A stretch of 63,326 nt of DNA, the filler included, from an uncultured Methanosarcinales archaeon (lineage in GTDB: Archaea; Nanobdellota; Nanobdellia; Woesearchaeales; CALCXY01): NCBI GenBank assembly GCA_964385185.1. It is 9 parts of 9 records of this genome, joined end to end, with 100 filler letters (N's around TTAATTAATTAA, not from the genome) between each part and the next. Parts side by side here need not be neighbours in the genome. Positions count along the whole stretch, not along the records: positions 45,646 to 51,831 come from CAYLOA010000044.1; positions 51,932 to 57,779 come from CAYLOA010000045.1; positions 57,880 to 63,326 come from CAYLOA010000046.1; 6 more parts are not named here. One strand, 5' to 3'. Each line of letters starts with the position of its first letter. Position 1 is the first letter of the stretch. A program made the translations under genes and the position numbers. Shown here one piece after another: positions 49,025 to 60,043 of the stretch. The notes beneath the pieces were generated by a model. That model ran no database searches and was not told where the DNA came from. It saw nothing but the letters and a program-made list of their open reading frames with translations.

Positions 49025-51831
49025 CAAACCAAAAAGCAAAGAAGGTAGACAGTTGGATAGAGCCACCTATCTAAGAGAAGCCATCTTTATACTCATTGCT
49101 GCGATTGTTATCTACAAACTAGTTCTAGCCATAGCAAATGGCAGTTTATCAATTACCAACCTTCCATTAAAACATATAGCTTCTGCAATCACAGTAGGGA
49201 TTTGCACCACCATCCTCTACAGATACTTTACGCCAAGAGATGTAGAGGGATGTGCTAAACTCATTATGAGGGTAAAACATTTACTCAAAAAAGGAAGAAT
49301 AAAACAAGCAGAGTGGACATACAAACGATTAACTAGAGGATACAAAAGACTAGCCAACTCTAAAGCAGGAAAGAACCTCTACAAAGAATTACATAAACTC
49401 TATCATGAAATTGTCAAAACAGTTAACACCCAAGCATTACAAAAAGCCACCTTAAGAGCACATAAAGTAGAGTCTTCATTAGCTAAAGGAAGATTCCTCT
49501 TTGCAGCTGGATATTATGAAGAACTAAGAATGTGTACTCTAAATCATGATAAATTCATCACAGCAGAAACAAAACGGCTCATATATACTCTAGCGGAAAC
49601 TACATACGCAATATATGAAAAAGCCATGATAACAAATATCAAAAAAGACAAAAAAGAAGGAACTCATAATCTTCGACTAAAACTTGAAATAATTACTGAA
49701 AAAATAACTGCATTCTCTTTACCAAATTGGATACCAAAAGAAATTCCTAAGATAACAATCCCTAAGTTTACTATTCCTAAAGTAACAATACCAAAAGTAA
49801 CAGTTCCTAAAATAAAAATACCTACAATATCGATTCCAAAAATATCAATACCAACAGCCAAACCTCAATACGTTACAGCTATATCTATTTTGCTCATGCT
49901 CATAGTAGGGGGGATTGTCCTCAACCCTCAAGAAGCAATTACAGGTTATACGGTATTCGAAGAAAACACAAAACTCCTTGCAGTCAACGCAAGTTTCAGT
50001 TATTCTGATGAATTGATTATAGAAGAATTAGCCAACCTCACAGCTATCTCATTAACAGGATCAGTAATCGGAGAAGGATCAGCCACAATCTATCTAGAAC
50101 ATAATAATACAAGAATGATTATCGTAGAAATAGATGGAGAATCATCACCTGAATTAGAAGTTCCGTCTGTACCAGGACCACCAGTAGTCAAATTAAATGC
50201 ATCTCAACAAAAAAACAGAATCACCACATTCCTTACCTACAAAGAAGATACACCCTATGACATAGACAATGATGGAATTGCATCCCATAATGATATTATC
50301 GACCTCACGGTTGAATCCTCAGAGTTTAACTGGGATGTTGACCCTGAAAATATCTGTACCATCTGGGAAGTATTCAACGAGCAATCAGGAGATTCTACTT
50401 CATTCTGTACAGGATCTGCAAGCTGTTGTTCACTAAGAGAGCTAGCACCTTCCGATGAACAATGGAATGCACCACTCTATCTCTACAAAGGATTGTACGA
50501 TTCAGCAGAAAATAATACCATTGTTGCACAAGTACTCTACGCAAACGTCTCCCTTGAGCCAGGTGCTCCTAAAGTAGATATCATAACCTCAACAGGTACC
50601 AAACTACATACTCAGTTTACCACAAAAACGACAACCTTCACCGATGTATGTGAAGAAACCTGTCTCTTAGACACGATAAGGGATGACATGAAACTCATCA
50701 TCGAATTAGATGATGCTTCCCTCACCCTTGACACCCTAGAATTCACAACTAGAAAACCAAAAAATATCATTACTCAACCACCGATTTTCAAAAATGAAAT
50801 CCCTACGATTAAACTATTCCCGGGAGAAAATATTTCTTTAGACTTAACCCAATTCGTCCAAGATGGTGACACCGAAAATCTTACCTATGCGTATCAACCT
50901 ATGGAACACACGGTAATCACATTCCAAAACAATACAGCATATATTGCCTCTATAGATAACTACACAGGTCTTGAATTTACTTTCTTTGGAGCAAATGATT
51001 CAGAATCAACAGCAACTTCAAATCTCATTACCGTTCAAATTCAAGATCCAGTAAATATCATAGAGTCCACCGTCCAAATATCTGGTGTAACACTAAACCA
51101 ACCTGTAAGATGGGAAAAAAGCGTCCTCTTAGATAGATTGGAAGATAATGTAAGTATTCCAATAGATAATGAAGCTTCTAACATCACAATCATATCGATT
51201 GAGGACAATTCAGGATTCATCATCCCCAAATCAAGTATCAAAGTGGAATACAAGGAAGAGACTCACACGTTGAATGAATTTGAAACCATAAAACAGGTAG
51301 AAGTAGTCGATAAAGAGATTGATGTATTAATCAAGAAAAAACAAAAAATTGTTGCTGACAATACAGCATTGAGGAACACCAACAAAGAAATAATCCAATT
51401 AGTAGAAAAAAGAGATGGGATTACAGGTGCTGTGAGTGTAGACACAGGAAGTAAGGGATATGTTACAAGATTCTTTGAATGGTTTTTAACCCAGTTAGAT
51501 GCAGATGTAACAGGAGCTGTTATAGCTCTCTCTGAAGAAAGTATTTCCAATCCAAACGCAACCATTATCGTTGAAGATTTAGTAGATGAACTAATCATTG
51601 AATATGTTACACCTGGACCATCTGCCATCGAAACAGAGACGGAATCAGGAAAAACAGTCATCATTACATCAGATATTCATTACACGAACATCACAGCATA
51701 CACCACTGTTCCTGAAATACAATCAGGAAAAGTCTCACTCTACCATATTGTAAATGATACGAGAATTCCAACAGATATTATCAGTTACCAAGATACAAAC
51801 AACAACTCTCTTGTCGACACAATATATTGGA
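49014..51831 (+). CDS. Giant membrane-anchored surface protein (cut by contig end)
   Basis: Two N-terminal TMs, basic helical region, (IPKxT)n linker, TM, then acidic beta-rich region with ITG/VTG motifs; GGAGGT SD. Confidence 0.8.
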
Positions 51832-51931
51832 NNNNNNNNNNNNNNNNNNNNNNNNNNNNNNNNNNNNNNNNNNNNTTAATTAATTAANNNNNNNNNNNNN
51901 NNNNNNNNNNNNNNNNNNNNNNNNNNNNNNN
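51832..51931. other. Artificial contig linker
   Basis: N44-TTAATTAATTAA-N44. Confidence 0.98.
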
Positions 51932-52005
51932 AATTCTTTAATATTATATGGAAGAGTGCTTCTAAGCTATAAATCTTTAAATATGATTCTTGTGTTGTTA
52001 TATTT

Positions 52006-53523
52006 ATGATTAAAGGTCAGATTGTTTCTGGAGGTTATGGTAAGGTTAAGGCTCGTGAGAAGGCTGGAAGTAAGCTTGAGATTGGTGAGATTCTAATTGT
52101 TGAGGGAAAAGGAGAAGATATATTGATGCAAGTAACTGATCTTGAGTTTGGTTCGCAGTTATCCGAGCAGAATTTGGAGCTTTATTCTGGAATGTGGATG
52201 GAACAAGATACTGATGCTGAGCTTTTTGATAAAGAGTTACGGACGTATACTCTTGCCACCTTAAAGAGTTTAGTTTCCATTTCTGATGGGAAGGCTGTTT
52301 CCTGTAAATGTATGCCAGGATTGTTTGATTCAATGAGGGAAGTTGTGAAAGAAGATTTATCTTTTGTTTCTGTTCCTAAGAATCCACTGTTTGTGGGTAA
52401 TTTGCGATCGGGTAGTAAGACGCTCGATGTTCCCCTATTCTTAGATGGAAAGGAAGTGTTTAGTCACCATATTTTAATTGCAGCGGCTACCGGTCGTGGA
52501 AAGAGTAATTTGATGAGTACTATGCTTTGGGATGTTAATTCTAAGGATTATTGTGGGATGTTGGTTCTCGATCCTCACGATGAGTATTTTGGTCGGAATG
52601 GTTTTGGATTGAAAGATCATCCGAAAGGTGTTGTATATTACACTCCTAAAGATGTTCCTCCTGGTGGAAGGACATTAAAAGTTAATTTGAAGAAGTTAAC
52701 ACCTATGCATTTTAATGGTGTGGTTGATTGGTCAGATCCTCAACAACAGGCGTTGTTCTCATGTTGGAAAAAATACAAACAAGATTGGATAAAGGCTTTA
52801 GTTATGGAGGAAGAAGTTCCTGAGCTTGATCGATTCTCTGAAGGTACTTTGAATGTTGTTAGGCGACGATTATTGCAATTGTTAGATTTAGAAGTTAAAG
52901 ATGGAGAGTTGTTTTGTAGTGGTGTGTTTGATTTGGTAAGTGGTGAGGCATTTATTGGAGAAGTGTGTAAAGAATTGGAAGAAGGTAAGACTGTTATTGT
53001 GGATACTTCTCATTTTGATGGTGCTGTAGAAATTCTTATTGGTAGTTTAATTGCTACAGAAGTTTTACGAAAGTATCGAGCGTATAATAGTGGTGGAGAG
53101 TTAGGGAGTAAACCTGTTATTTCGATTGTGTTGGAGGAAGCTCCTCGAGTTTTGGGGAAGGAGGTGTTAGAGAAAGGTAGTAATATCTTTAAGACAATTG
53201 CTCGTGAGGGTCGTAAGTTTAAGGTTGGATTGACAGCGATTACTCAATTGCCTTCGCTTATTCCAAGGGATATTTTGGCTAATATGAATACTAAAGTAAT
53301 TTTAGGTGTTGAGATGAAACCAGAGAGACAGGCTCTTATTGAATCGTCTGCACAAGATTTATCAGATGATGATCGAAATATTTCTAGTTTAGATAAGGGT
53401 GAGGCTATAATAAGTAGTCAGTTTGTTCCTTTTGCTATGCCTATTAAGGTTCCTCTCTTTTCTGACTATGTTAAAACGAATGAGAAACAAGTTAAGATGG
53501 ATTTTAGTGGTGTAGTGAATTAA
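52006..53523 (+). CDS. herA: HerA-family DNA translocase/ATPase
   Basis: HAS-barrel-like N-terminus, [41 protein letters not shown]. Confidence 0.88.
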   Translation: MIKGQIVSGGYGKVKAREKAGSKLEIGEILIVEGKGEDILMQVTDLEFGSQLSEQNLELYSGMWMEQDTDAELFDKELRTYTLATLKSLVSISDGKAVSCKCMPGLFDSMREVVKEDLSFVSVPKNPLFVGNLRSGSKTLDVPLFLDGKEVFSHHILIAAATGRGKSNLMSTMLWDVNSKDYCGMLVLDPHDEYFGRNGFGLKDHPKGVVYYTPKDVPPGGRTLKVNLKKLTPMHFNGVVDWSDPQQQALFSCWKKYKQDWIKALVMEEEVPELDRFSEGTLNVVRRRLLQLLDLEVKDGELFCSGVFDLVSGEAFIGEVCKELEEGKTVIVDTSHFDGAVEILIGSLIATEVLRKYRAYNSGGELGSKPVISIVLEEAPRVLGKEVLEKGSNIFKTIAREGRKFKVGLTAITQLPSLIPRDILANMNTKVILGVEMKPERQALIESSAQDLSDDDRNISSLDKGEAIISSQFVPFAMPIKVPLFSDYVKTNEKQVKMDFSGVVN

Positions 53524-54160
53524 CCATTGTGAGTTGATTACATACTGCTATACCTGCACCGTGTGATGGTACTTCTATTTGATTTCTTTGCACAGGGGTG
53601 AAGTATGGTTTCATGAGGTCACAATATTCATCTAGTGAAGAAAAATATAAAGTGGTTTGAGAGTTTTCAGGAGTTCTTATCTTTTCTTTTCCCCATAGTT
53701 TTGTTTGATCACTAAATGATGCGGAAAGATATGCAGAATTTGGGTGTAATCTTTCTGAGACTAATTTTACGTATTGTTTTCTATCTTCTTGGTCTGTTAA
53801 TTCATGAAGAAATCTCCAGTCCATGGCAAAATCAAAGTCTGAAGGTAACTGGTTTAGGTCTCTCCAATCCATTTGGATGAAATCGATTGAGACATTTGCT
53901 TCGAAAGCATTTTGTCTGGCTTGTTTAATTGCTTCTTCTGAGATATCAATTGCTGTATGGTCAAAACCTCTTTTTGCTAGGTAGATATCATGATATCCTT
54001 GGCCACAGCCTATGTTAAGTGATTTTCCGATATAGATAGGAGTTATTCCCCCTGGAGTACGTCGTGTTAAGAATTTTATTTCCTCTGGAATCTCTGGATT
54101 CGTCCAAGGTGTCTTTCCTTGACTATATAGTTTTTCGAATATTTCTGGTGTATCTGTCAT
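53504..54160 (-). CDS. Class I SAM-dependent methyltransferase
   Basis: [28 protein letters not shown]; start placed at MTDTPE. Confidence 0.85.
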   Translation of the reverse strand: MTDTPEIFEKLYSQGKTPWTNPEIPEEIKFLTRRTPGGITPIYIGKSLNIGCGQGYHDIYLAKRGFDHTAIDISEEAIKQARQNAFEANVSIDFIQMDWRDLNQLPSDFDFAMDWRFLHELTDQEDRKQYVKLVSERLHPNSAYLSASFSDQTKLWGKEKIRTPENSQTTLYFSSLDEYCDLMKPYFTPVQRNQIEVPSHGAGIAVCNQLTMVNSLHH

Positions 54161-54283
54161 ACTAAATGGGATGTTTGGCTGGTTTTTAAAAGTATACTTT
54201 TTGTAGATTAGGTTGGAAACTATATAATTTATAGAAGATGTCAAGAGAGGGTTTATTATTGTATATGTCTTATCTATGTTGAT

Positions 54284-54673
54284 ATGATATACGATGTAGA
54301 TGGTGGAATGACGTTGCAAGAGGCTGTTGAAAATTATTGTAGTCTCAGGGCTGAAAAGTTTGGGGCTCCACTTGATGGCCACCTGGAATATGAAATCTAT
54401 ATGGCTGAACTTTCTGTTGAAGAAGGGCTTCAAGGAAAAAATATTGCTGCTACTAAGATAAATTTGTGGGTTAGTAAATATAATCCCCCTTACAATGGCA
54501 ATCGAGCCTACAAATTTGGAAAAAATGAAGTTCCCTCAATAAAAGAGGAATTGGGTAAGATTTTGCGATATGCTAATCCTCCTGCTATTGTTCATGATAA
54601 ACCTAGAAAGGGTGCACCTAAACGACTTATTATAACTAGAGATGGAAAGGGAAAGAAGAGGGTTTTTATCTAA
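54284..54673 (+). CDS. Hypothetical protein
   Basis: 129-aa ORF; no motif recognised. Confidence 0.55.
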   Translation: MIYDVDGGMTLQEAVENYCSLRAEKFGAPLDGHLEYEIYMAELSVEEGLQGKNIAATKINLWVSKYNPPYNGNRAYKFGKNEVPSIKEELGKILRYANPPAIVHDKPRKGAPKRLIITRDGKGKKRVFI

Positions 54674-55017
54674 TCCTTAGCTTTGTTCCACAATAGCTCA
54701 AAGTATTTCTTATATCCTTGGACAACTGTTGGATCTTTGATTAGTAAACCATATGGATTTTCTGTGAAGAGGTTGATTGCAACGTAGTCTCCTATAATTA
54801 CTGTTTCTTGTAGTTGTTCGAACTCTTGGGAGAGGAATTTTATTTTTGTGATCTTTTTTTTATTTAATTGTTCACCGAATGATCTTATTGAGTTATCAAA
54901 TATTTGTCTGCTAGGAATTTTCTTTGCAATTCTTTTAGTGTGGAGGTTTTTCCACCATGTATCAGTCATGATTTTATAGGTGACACGTTTTCCTCCACCA
55001 AATGTATTGTATTCTTT
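54670..55017 (-). CDS. C-terminal part of a TrmB-like regulator (5' part lost in the gap)
   Basis: WWKNLHTKRIAKKI, IIGDYVAI, PYGLLIKD..V..GYKKYFELLW. Confidence 0.65.
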   Translation of the reverse strand, partial: KEYNTFGGGKRVTYKIMTDTWWKNLHTKRIAKKIPSRQIFDNSIRSFGEQLNKKKITKIKFLSQEFEQLQETVIIGDYVAINLFTENPYGLLIKDPTVVQGYKKYFELLWNKAKD

Positions 55018-55117
55018 NNNNNNNNNNNNNNNNNNNNNNNNNNNNNNNNNNNNNNNNNNNNNNNNNNNNNNNNNNNNNNNNNNNNNNNNNNNNNNNNNNN
55101 NNNNNNNNNNNNNNNNN
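55018..55117. other. Scaffold gap
   Basis: 100 N without the TTAATTAATTAA core. Confidence 0.95.
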
Positions 55118-55215
55118 TTGGGTATTTAAACGTTCTTATTGTAGTCTCAATTGGGAGGATAAATGTTAATATATGCTGTTTGTTATCACTATGTTATAAC
55201 AATAGGAGGGATACA

Positions 55216-56004
55216 ATGGAAATACACATTATAAGACACGGACCAAAAGAGATAGTTGAAGCTCATACCACAGGTAGAGAAGCTAGTCTTGATGACTCTT
55301 TGAGGTATGTGATTCACGATTATGCGAAGAAATTATCAGAAAATCTTACAGAGGATATAGAAGTTGACAGTCTAGCCCTTTCTCGAAATTATAAGACTGC
55401 AGAAATTATTGCAGATGAATTAAGGGATAATGGGGTGAAGGTTAATGGTCCAACAATTGATGATAGATTAGGAGCATTTGTTGGAAAAGATGGAGAGACA
55501 AATCTATTGTCACCTGATCTTCCCAGAATTTGGGGAGATGCAGAAAAGAACTATCAACATGTAGAAGGTGTAGCAAAAGAAGATAGAGGAATGTATGCCT
55601 GGGCAGAGTATGGTTTGGATAGGGCAGAGGGTGGAATTTCCCTTAGAGAATTAGCATGTAGGATGGGACAATATGTTCTTGAGACTATTGAGAAAGATCT
55701 TGATACTGTAGTTGCGATATCAAATTCAGGATTTATTGAACCATTTATGTATGTGACCTTGGATATGATTGAGCAATTGGACAAAACAGCTGTTGAGTAT
55801 TTTTTTGAAACTGATGGTGCAGTAAGACCATTAGAAGGGATTACCATAACATCCTATGATGGAGAAACAGTTGAAATGACATTACCTAATGGAGAAACAA
55901 TACAATTTTCAAAAGATGTCCTTAGAGAACAGGTAGAAAGTCTTGAAGAAAGTGAAGAAATGTTTGATCAAACAGGGGAGGGAGTAGAATGCAGTGGAGA
56001 TTAA
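55216..56004 (+). CDS. Histidine phosphatase (phosphoglycerate mutase-like) superfamily protein
   Basis: IHIIRHG, R-x-x-x-TA, IDDRL, VAISN; GGAGG SD before ATG 55216. Confidence 0.75.
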   Translation: MEIHIIRHGPKEIVEAHTTGREASLDDSLRYVIHDYAKKLSENLTEDIEVDSLALSRNYKTAEIIADELRDNGVKVNGPTIDDRLGAFVGKDGETNLLSPDLPRIWGDAEKNYQHVEGVAKEDRGMYAWAEYGLDRAEGGISLRELACRMGQYVLETIEKDLDTVVAISNSGFIEPFMYVTLDMIEQLDKTAVEYFFETDGAVRPLEGITITSYDGETVEMTLPNGETIQFSKDVLREQVESLEESEEMFDQTGEGVECSGD

Positions 56005-57419
56005 TGTATGAGGGTCCAAGATTGAGTCATCTCTTAGCTAAACATATCTTCTTAGATCCCTATCTATCTAAGAAATTGGGAAAACTTATGGGATTTCAAG
56101 ATAAAAATTATCTTTGGTATAGTGATTCCTCTGAAAACCTGCATGGAGGTTACTATAAAGAGGAAGAAATGCTAACAGCCAAAAAATTTGGACAGAAATA
56201 TTTTAAGGATACTTCCAAATTCAAAAAATGGATTCGTGATCAGGATAATCTACATAAAAAAACTAAATTGCTTATGGAAACGTATGCATTAGAGAAAAAT
56301 ATAGATGCTCTTGAAAAAAAGGAATTAATTAAGTTAATTTCAGAAATCACTAACATTAGATCTGCATTATTTGTTTTTGTTTTATCTTGTCAACCTCAAT
56401 GCACAGATGGACTTTCGGATGATCTAGTTAGATTGGCAAAAAATAACAAAGATTTATTTATAAAACTCTCAGCACCGGAGAAAAAATCCTTTTTTACTAA
56501 TGAACAATTAGATTGGTTGGATATATTAATTCATGCAAGAGAACAAGAGATTGAGAATCATTATAATAAATACTCCCTGATTCCTGCAAGTGACAGAACA
56601 GAGCCCTGGACTTTAGATCATTTTAAGCAATTGTATGAAGATGATATGCAAAGTGGAGAAAATTTTTTGCAAAAGAAAAAAAATTTAGAAAGTAAATATA
56701 CAATCGATAAGGAGTTGATTGTTGCTAAACACAATGTTCCTAAGGAAGCTCGAGAGATTGGATCACTTGTTGCAGAGATTGGCCATTATCGATTCTTGAC
56801 TTCCTTTTATGGAAGATGGTTAGGTTACTATTTAGTCCTAATTTGTCGAAGATTCGCTCCTGAGTTGGATTTAACGTTTGAAGAGCTCTCAAGTTGCAAC
56901 GAAAAAGAACTGATTACTTATTTAGAGACAGGAAAAGGTGTATCAAAAAGAGAATTAACTAATCGGGCACTTGCTCAGACTATTGTCATGGAGAATGGAG
57001 AGGTTAAAATTTTCTTTGGTAGGCAAGCGATTAAACAGAGACAAAATAAATTAGCTGAGATTGATTACTCTAAATTGAAGACTATAAAAGGTGAAATTGC
57101 GAATCTGGGTAAGGTACAGGGAAAAGCCTATGTTTTTTATTGGAATGATGATATTAGTAAAAAAATTCAAGACATGCCTAAGGATTCTATCTTAGTGGCT
57201 CCTCAGACACACCCCATCTATATGCCTGCAATTAGTAGAGCAAAAGCACTTGTTACCGATGAAGGTGGAGTTACTGGTCATGCAGCTATTGTTAGTAGGG
57301 AATTGGATAAACCATGTGTCATTGGATTACATATCATTACCAAAGTAGTTAAAACGGGAGATATTATTGAAGTTGATGCAGATAATGGAATGGTGAAAAT
57401 AATTAAGCGTAAATCATAG
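55989..57419 (+). CDS. Protein with C-terminal PEP-utilising enzyme mobile (phospho-His swivel) domain
   Basis: ILVAPQTHP, VTDEGGVTGHAAIVSRELDKPCVIG, TGDIIEVDADNG; helical N-terminal region, no ATP-grasp seen. Confidence 0.85.
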   Translation: MQWRLMYEGPRLSHLLAKHIFLDPYLSKKLGKLMGFQDKNYLWYSDSSENLHGGYYKEEEMLTAKKFGQKYFKDTSKFKKWIRDQDNLHKKTKLLMETYALEKNIDALEKKELIKLISEITNIRSALFVFVLSCQPQCTDGLSDDLVRLAKNNKDLFIKLSAPEKKSFFTNEQLDWLDILIHAREQEIENHYNKYSLIPASDRTEPWTLDHFKQLYEDDMQSGENFLQKKKNLESKYTIDKELIVAKHNVPKEAREIGSLVAEIGHYRFLTSFYGRWLGYYLVLICRRFAPELDLTFEELSSCNEKELITYLETGKGVSKRELTNRALAQTIVMENGEVKIFFGRQAIKQRQNKLAEIDYSKLKTIKGEIANLGKVQGKAYVFYWNDDISKKIQDMPKDSILVAPQTHPIYMPAISRAKALVTDEGGVTGHAAIVSRELDKPCVIGLHIITKVVKTGDIIEVDADNGMVKIIKRKS

Positions 57420-57468
57420 GGCGTGGATAATATAAAACATTAAAAAGTTTGATATGTTTCTATTTTCT

Positions 57469-57630
57469 ATGAAATTCGCTCACATGGCAGACTGTCATAT
57501 TGGAGGATGGAGAGAGCCTAAGTTACGTGCTCTTGGTTACAGTGCTTTTGAGCAGGCGATAGATAGGTGTATTTCTGAAAAAGTGGATTTTGTCATTATA
57601 GCAGGAGATTTGTTCAATACTGCTCTATGA
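57469..57630 (+). pseudogene. mre11: Mre11/SbcD nuclease N-terminus truncated after 53 codons (real break or assembly chimera)
   Basis: MKFAHMADCHIGGWR...VDFVIIAGDLFNTAL then TGA; downstream sequence is unrelated. Confidence 0.75.
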
Positions 57631-57779
57631 ATGTGTGGCCTTTTGTTAAAGCCTATAACTTTGCTGACTCTCTAAAGTCTATAGCCATTAATTTTTTCGG
57701 ACTGAAATACGAACAATGCTATGGATCTGAGAAACAAAAGAATACTTCCGCATCTGACCTGTCCTTGGACGGAATCAAA

Positions 57780-57879
57780 NNNNNNNNNNNNNNNNNNNNN
57801 NNNNNNNNNNNNNNNNNNNNNNNTTAATTAATTAANNNNNNNNNNNNNNNNNNNNNNNNNNNNNNNNNNNNNNNNNNNN
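57780..57879. other. Artificial contig linker
   Basis: N44-TTAATTAATTAA-N44. Confidence 0.98.
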
Positions 57880-58293
57880 ATTGTAGAAATCATCTTTTAC
57901 TTCTTGCCATTTCTTTCCTGGTAGTTCTCGAAGTTCTTTTTTGGCTGCATTCCAATTCCTATCGAATTTTTCTGCTCTTTCTCGTGCATAGACTCTTTTC
58001 AAATGTCGTAGATGGGAATCTCTTTCTTCTACCCTCTCAGCGTATGCTTTTTTTTTGGCGTCTTCTTTAGCTTGGTAGTCTGAAAGCATGGAACAACCTC
58101 CAATCACCATGCTAATTCCTACAGCCCATACTATGCCTTCGGTGACTCTTGATCGGTCATTTGCTTTTCCTGTATGGATATCGGGAAGTGGATAGCTAGG
58201 AGGAACATAGCTAGAGGTGTACGTCGATTTTGAAGAATCTGGATATTCCTTTCTCAAATCATCCACAATTTTGTGTAGTTTTGGTTTGTCCAT
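57880..58293 (-). CDS. Single-TM hypothetical protein (cut by contig end)
   Basis: GIVWAVGISMVIGGC TM then a charged helix; starts 1 nt after the vWA stop. Confidence 0.65.
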
Positions 58294-58294
58294 T

Positions 58295-59143
58295 TTAACG
58301 TCCTGGAGGTAAGGCCAAATATTTTTGCACTTTTTGTAGTTGTGCTACTCTTTGGCTATTCCCTGTTGCTATTTGTCGATCTATTTGAATTGTAAGATAA
58401 TTCATACCTGCCCCCTTTTTCCCAGATTCTTTTACTGTGGCTACGAGTAAATCTGGAAGAATATCATTTAGTGCATTCATGTCGCTTAACGGGAAGAATC
58501 GGTCATAATTGGATCCTGGTTGTAAAAGTTCTTTTTGCAAAGAAATCTTTCTTTCATCGCGACTGCATCCTATAAAATAAAATGCCTCAACATTTTTTCT
58601 TAAATAAGCTAATTCTTTTTTATAATCTGCTCTTGGACTCCCCTCTTTAGTATCTTGTCCATGTGCTATTTCATCAGATATTAGAACCATTACATATTTT
58701 TTATCAGGTTCAATATAATTTTCATTAAGATTTTGCCAGAGTAGTTCTAAGGAAACTTGACCTGCTCCTCCACCTCCTGTATTTTTAATATTATCAATAG
58801 ATTCTCTTAACTTAGCTCTATCTTTTGTGAAATCATTAATTTGAACGATATTGGGGGCATCACAATATTCGCCTACTCCTGCTAACATAATATTTACTCC
58901 TTCATTTTCCACTAAATTATCCACAATAGTCCCTAGATTATCTCTTACTGTTTGAATACAAGAATTCATGCTTCCTGTGGTATCAAATGCTAAGATAGCA
59001 TAGGTCTCTTTTGGATTATCAGCTTCAAATCTGGATTTTTCTGTTTTTCTAACAGTATGTAATGCTTTTTTCAAAAAGGGATTTTCTTCCGATCTTCTTG
59101 CTATTTCAATTAAATTTTGATGTATAGTTAAATCATTTCCCAT
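58295..59143 (-). CDS. von Willebrand factor A domain protein
   Basis: MIDAS-like FDTTGSM, GEYCD, GGGG loop, VLISDEIAHG. Confidence 0.85.
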   Translation of the reverse strand: MGNDLTIHQNLIEIARRSEENPFLKKALHTVRKTEKSRFEADNPKETYAILAFDTTGSMNSCIQTVRDNLGTIVDNLVENEGVNIMLAGVGEYCDAPNIVQINDFTKDRAKLRESIDNIKNTGGGGAGQVSLELLWQNLNENYIEPDKKYVMVLISDEIAHGQDTKEGSPRADYKKELAYLRKNVEAFYFIGCSRDERKISLQKELLQPGSNYDRFFPLSDMNALNDILPDLLVATVKESGKKGAGMNYLTIQIDRQIATGNSQRVAQLQKVQKYLALPPGR

Positions 59144-59145
59144 TT

Positions 59146-60042
59146 TTAGTCCCTCCAGACATTGATTACACTTTGGTAACTATCTAACAAATTTTGAACT
59201 AAGTAATTTGATGAGGAAGGAACCTTAGAAGAATTGCTAAACAGTCTTTTAGCTTCTTTCATATGATTTTCCAAACATGAATTAGAAGATCTTGTGATCA
59301 TTCTCTCAGCTAGATTCGCTATATCATTAGCTGAGCCATTCAATGAATTTCTTTTTATGGCAGATCTTATTGCTGCTACTCTAGACTGCATTGTAGAATC
59401 AACGTTTAGATTAGGAGTACATGCGGCATAGTATGCTGAAAGAAAATCAAATATTTTTTTTTCAAATTCTTCATATCCTTTGGATTTTACCCCGTCTAGT
59501 GTCATTGATAGTTGCAATCGTTCGACCTCCCTTTTATAGGCCTCCTTTTCTGATTGAACTGTATCTAGTAAGGATTTGTCGATTAAACTGTTTTTTAAGG
59601 CATTCATATCCTGTGCATATCTACGATGTAAATTTTGATAATCTCTTCTTCCCCTCTGAATAGTTTCATCGCAAACTTCATTATATTCTGTCAGTACATC
59701 AATTGCCTCTTGCATTTGATCCATGGTTCTTAAAACTCCACTATATTGAGATTCTAACCTTTGAAATTCAGGAGAATTTCTTGGAGAGTATCCGTTTTGT
59801 GCCGCTATTTCTAATTTAGAGTCCGAATAACCCATTAGTAGTTTGAATCCCTCATTAAATTCTGAAAAACTTCCGCTTGATGCAGTAATCAAATTATCGG
59901 ATTTGTCTCCATGAAAACAGCTTAAATAAAGAGATCTTTTTTTCTTTATGAAATCTTTTAGTTTTCTTTTACTGATTAATTCAACCATCAATGCTGCTGG
60001 AATTCCTGACAAAATTTGTTGTGCAGTTTCTTCGGGAGTCAT
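59146..60042 (-). CDS. Hypothetical protein with J-domain-like N-terminus (HGD) and coiled coil
   Basis: KKRSLYLSCFHGDKSD...FSEFNEGFKLL resembles J-domain helices II-III. Confidence 0.6.
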   Translation of the reverse strand: MTPEETAQQILSGIPAALMVELISKRKLKDFIKKKRSLYLSCFHGDKSDNLITASSGSFSEFNEGFKLLMGYSDSKLEIAAQNGYSPRNSPEFQRLESQYSGVLRTMDQMQEAIDVLTEYNEVCDETIQRGRRDYQNLHRRYAQDMNALKNSLIDKSLLDTVQSEKEAYKREVERLQLSMTLDGVKSKGYEEFEKKIFDFLSAYYAACTPNLNVDSTMQSRVAAIRSAIKRNSLNGSANDIANLAERMITRSSNSCLENHMKEAKRLFSNSSKVPSSSNYLVQNLLDSYQSVINVWRD

Positions 60043-60043
60043 T

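Noticed and set aside
54904..55215. N-terminal part of the 366-aa ORF
   Set aside because: It spans the N gap and the antisense of another gene; the real start is ATG 55216 with a GGAGG SD.
57628..57680. TGA read-through or recoding in mre11
   Set aside because: The frame after TGA is not Mre11-like and stops again within 15 codons; many other genes here end normally in TGA.
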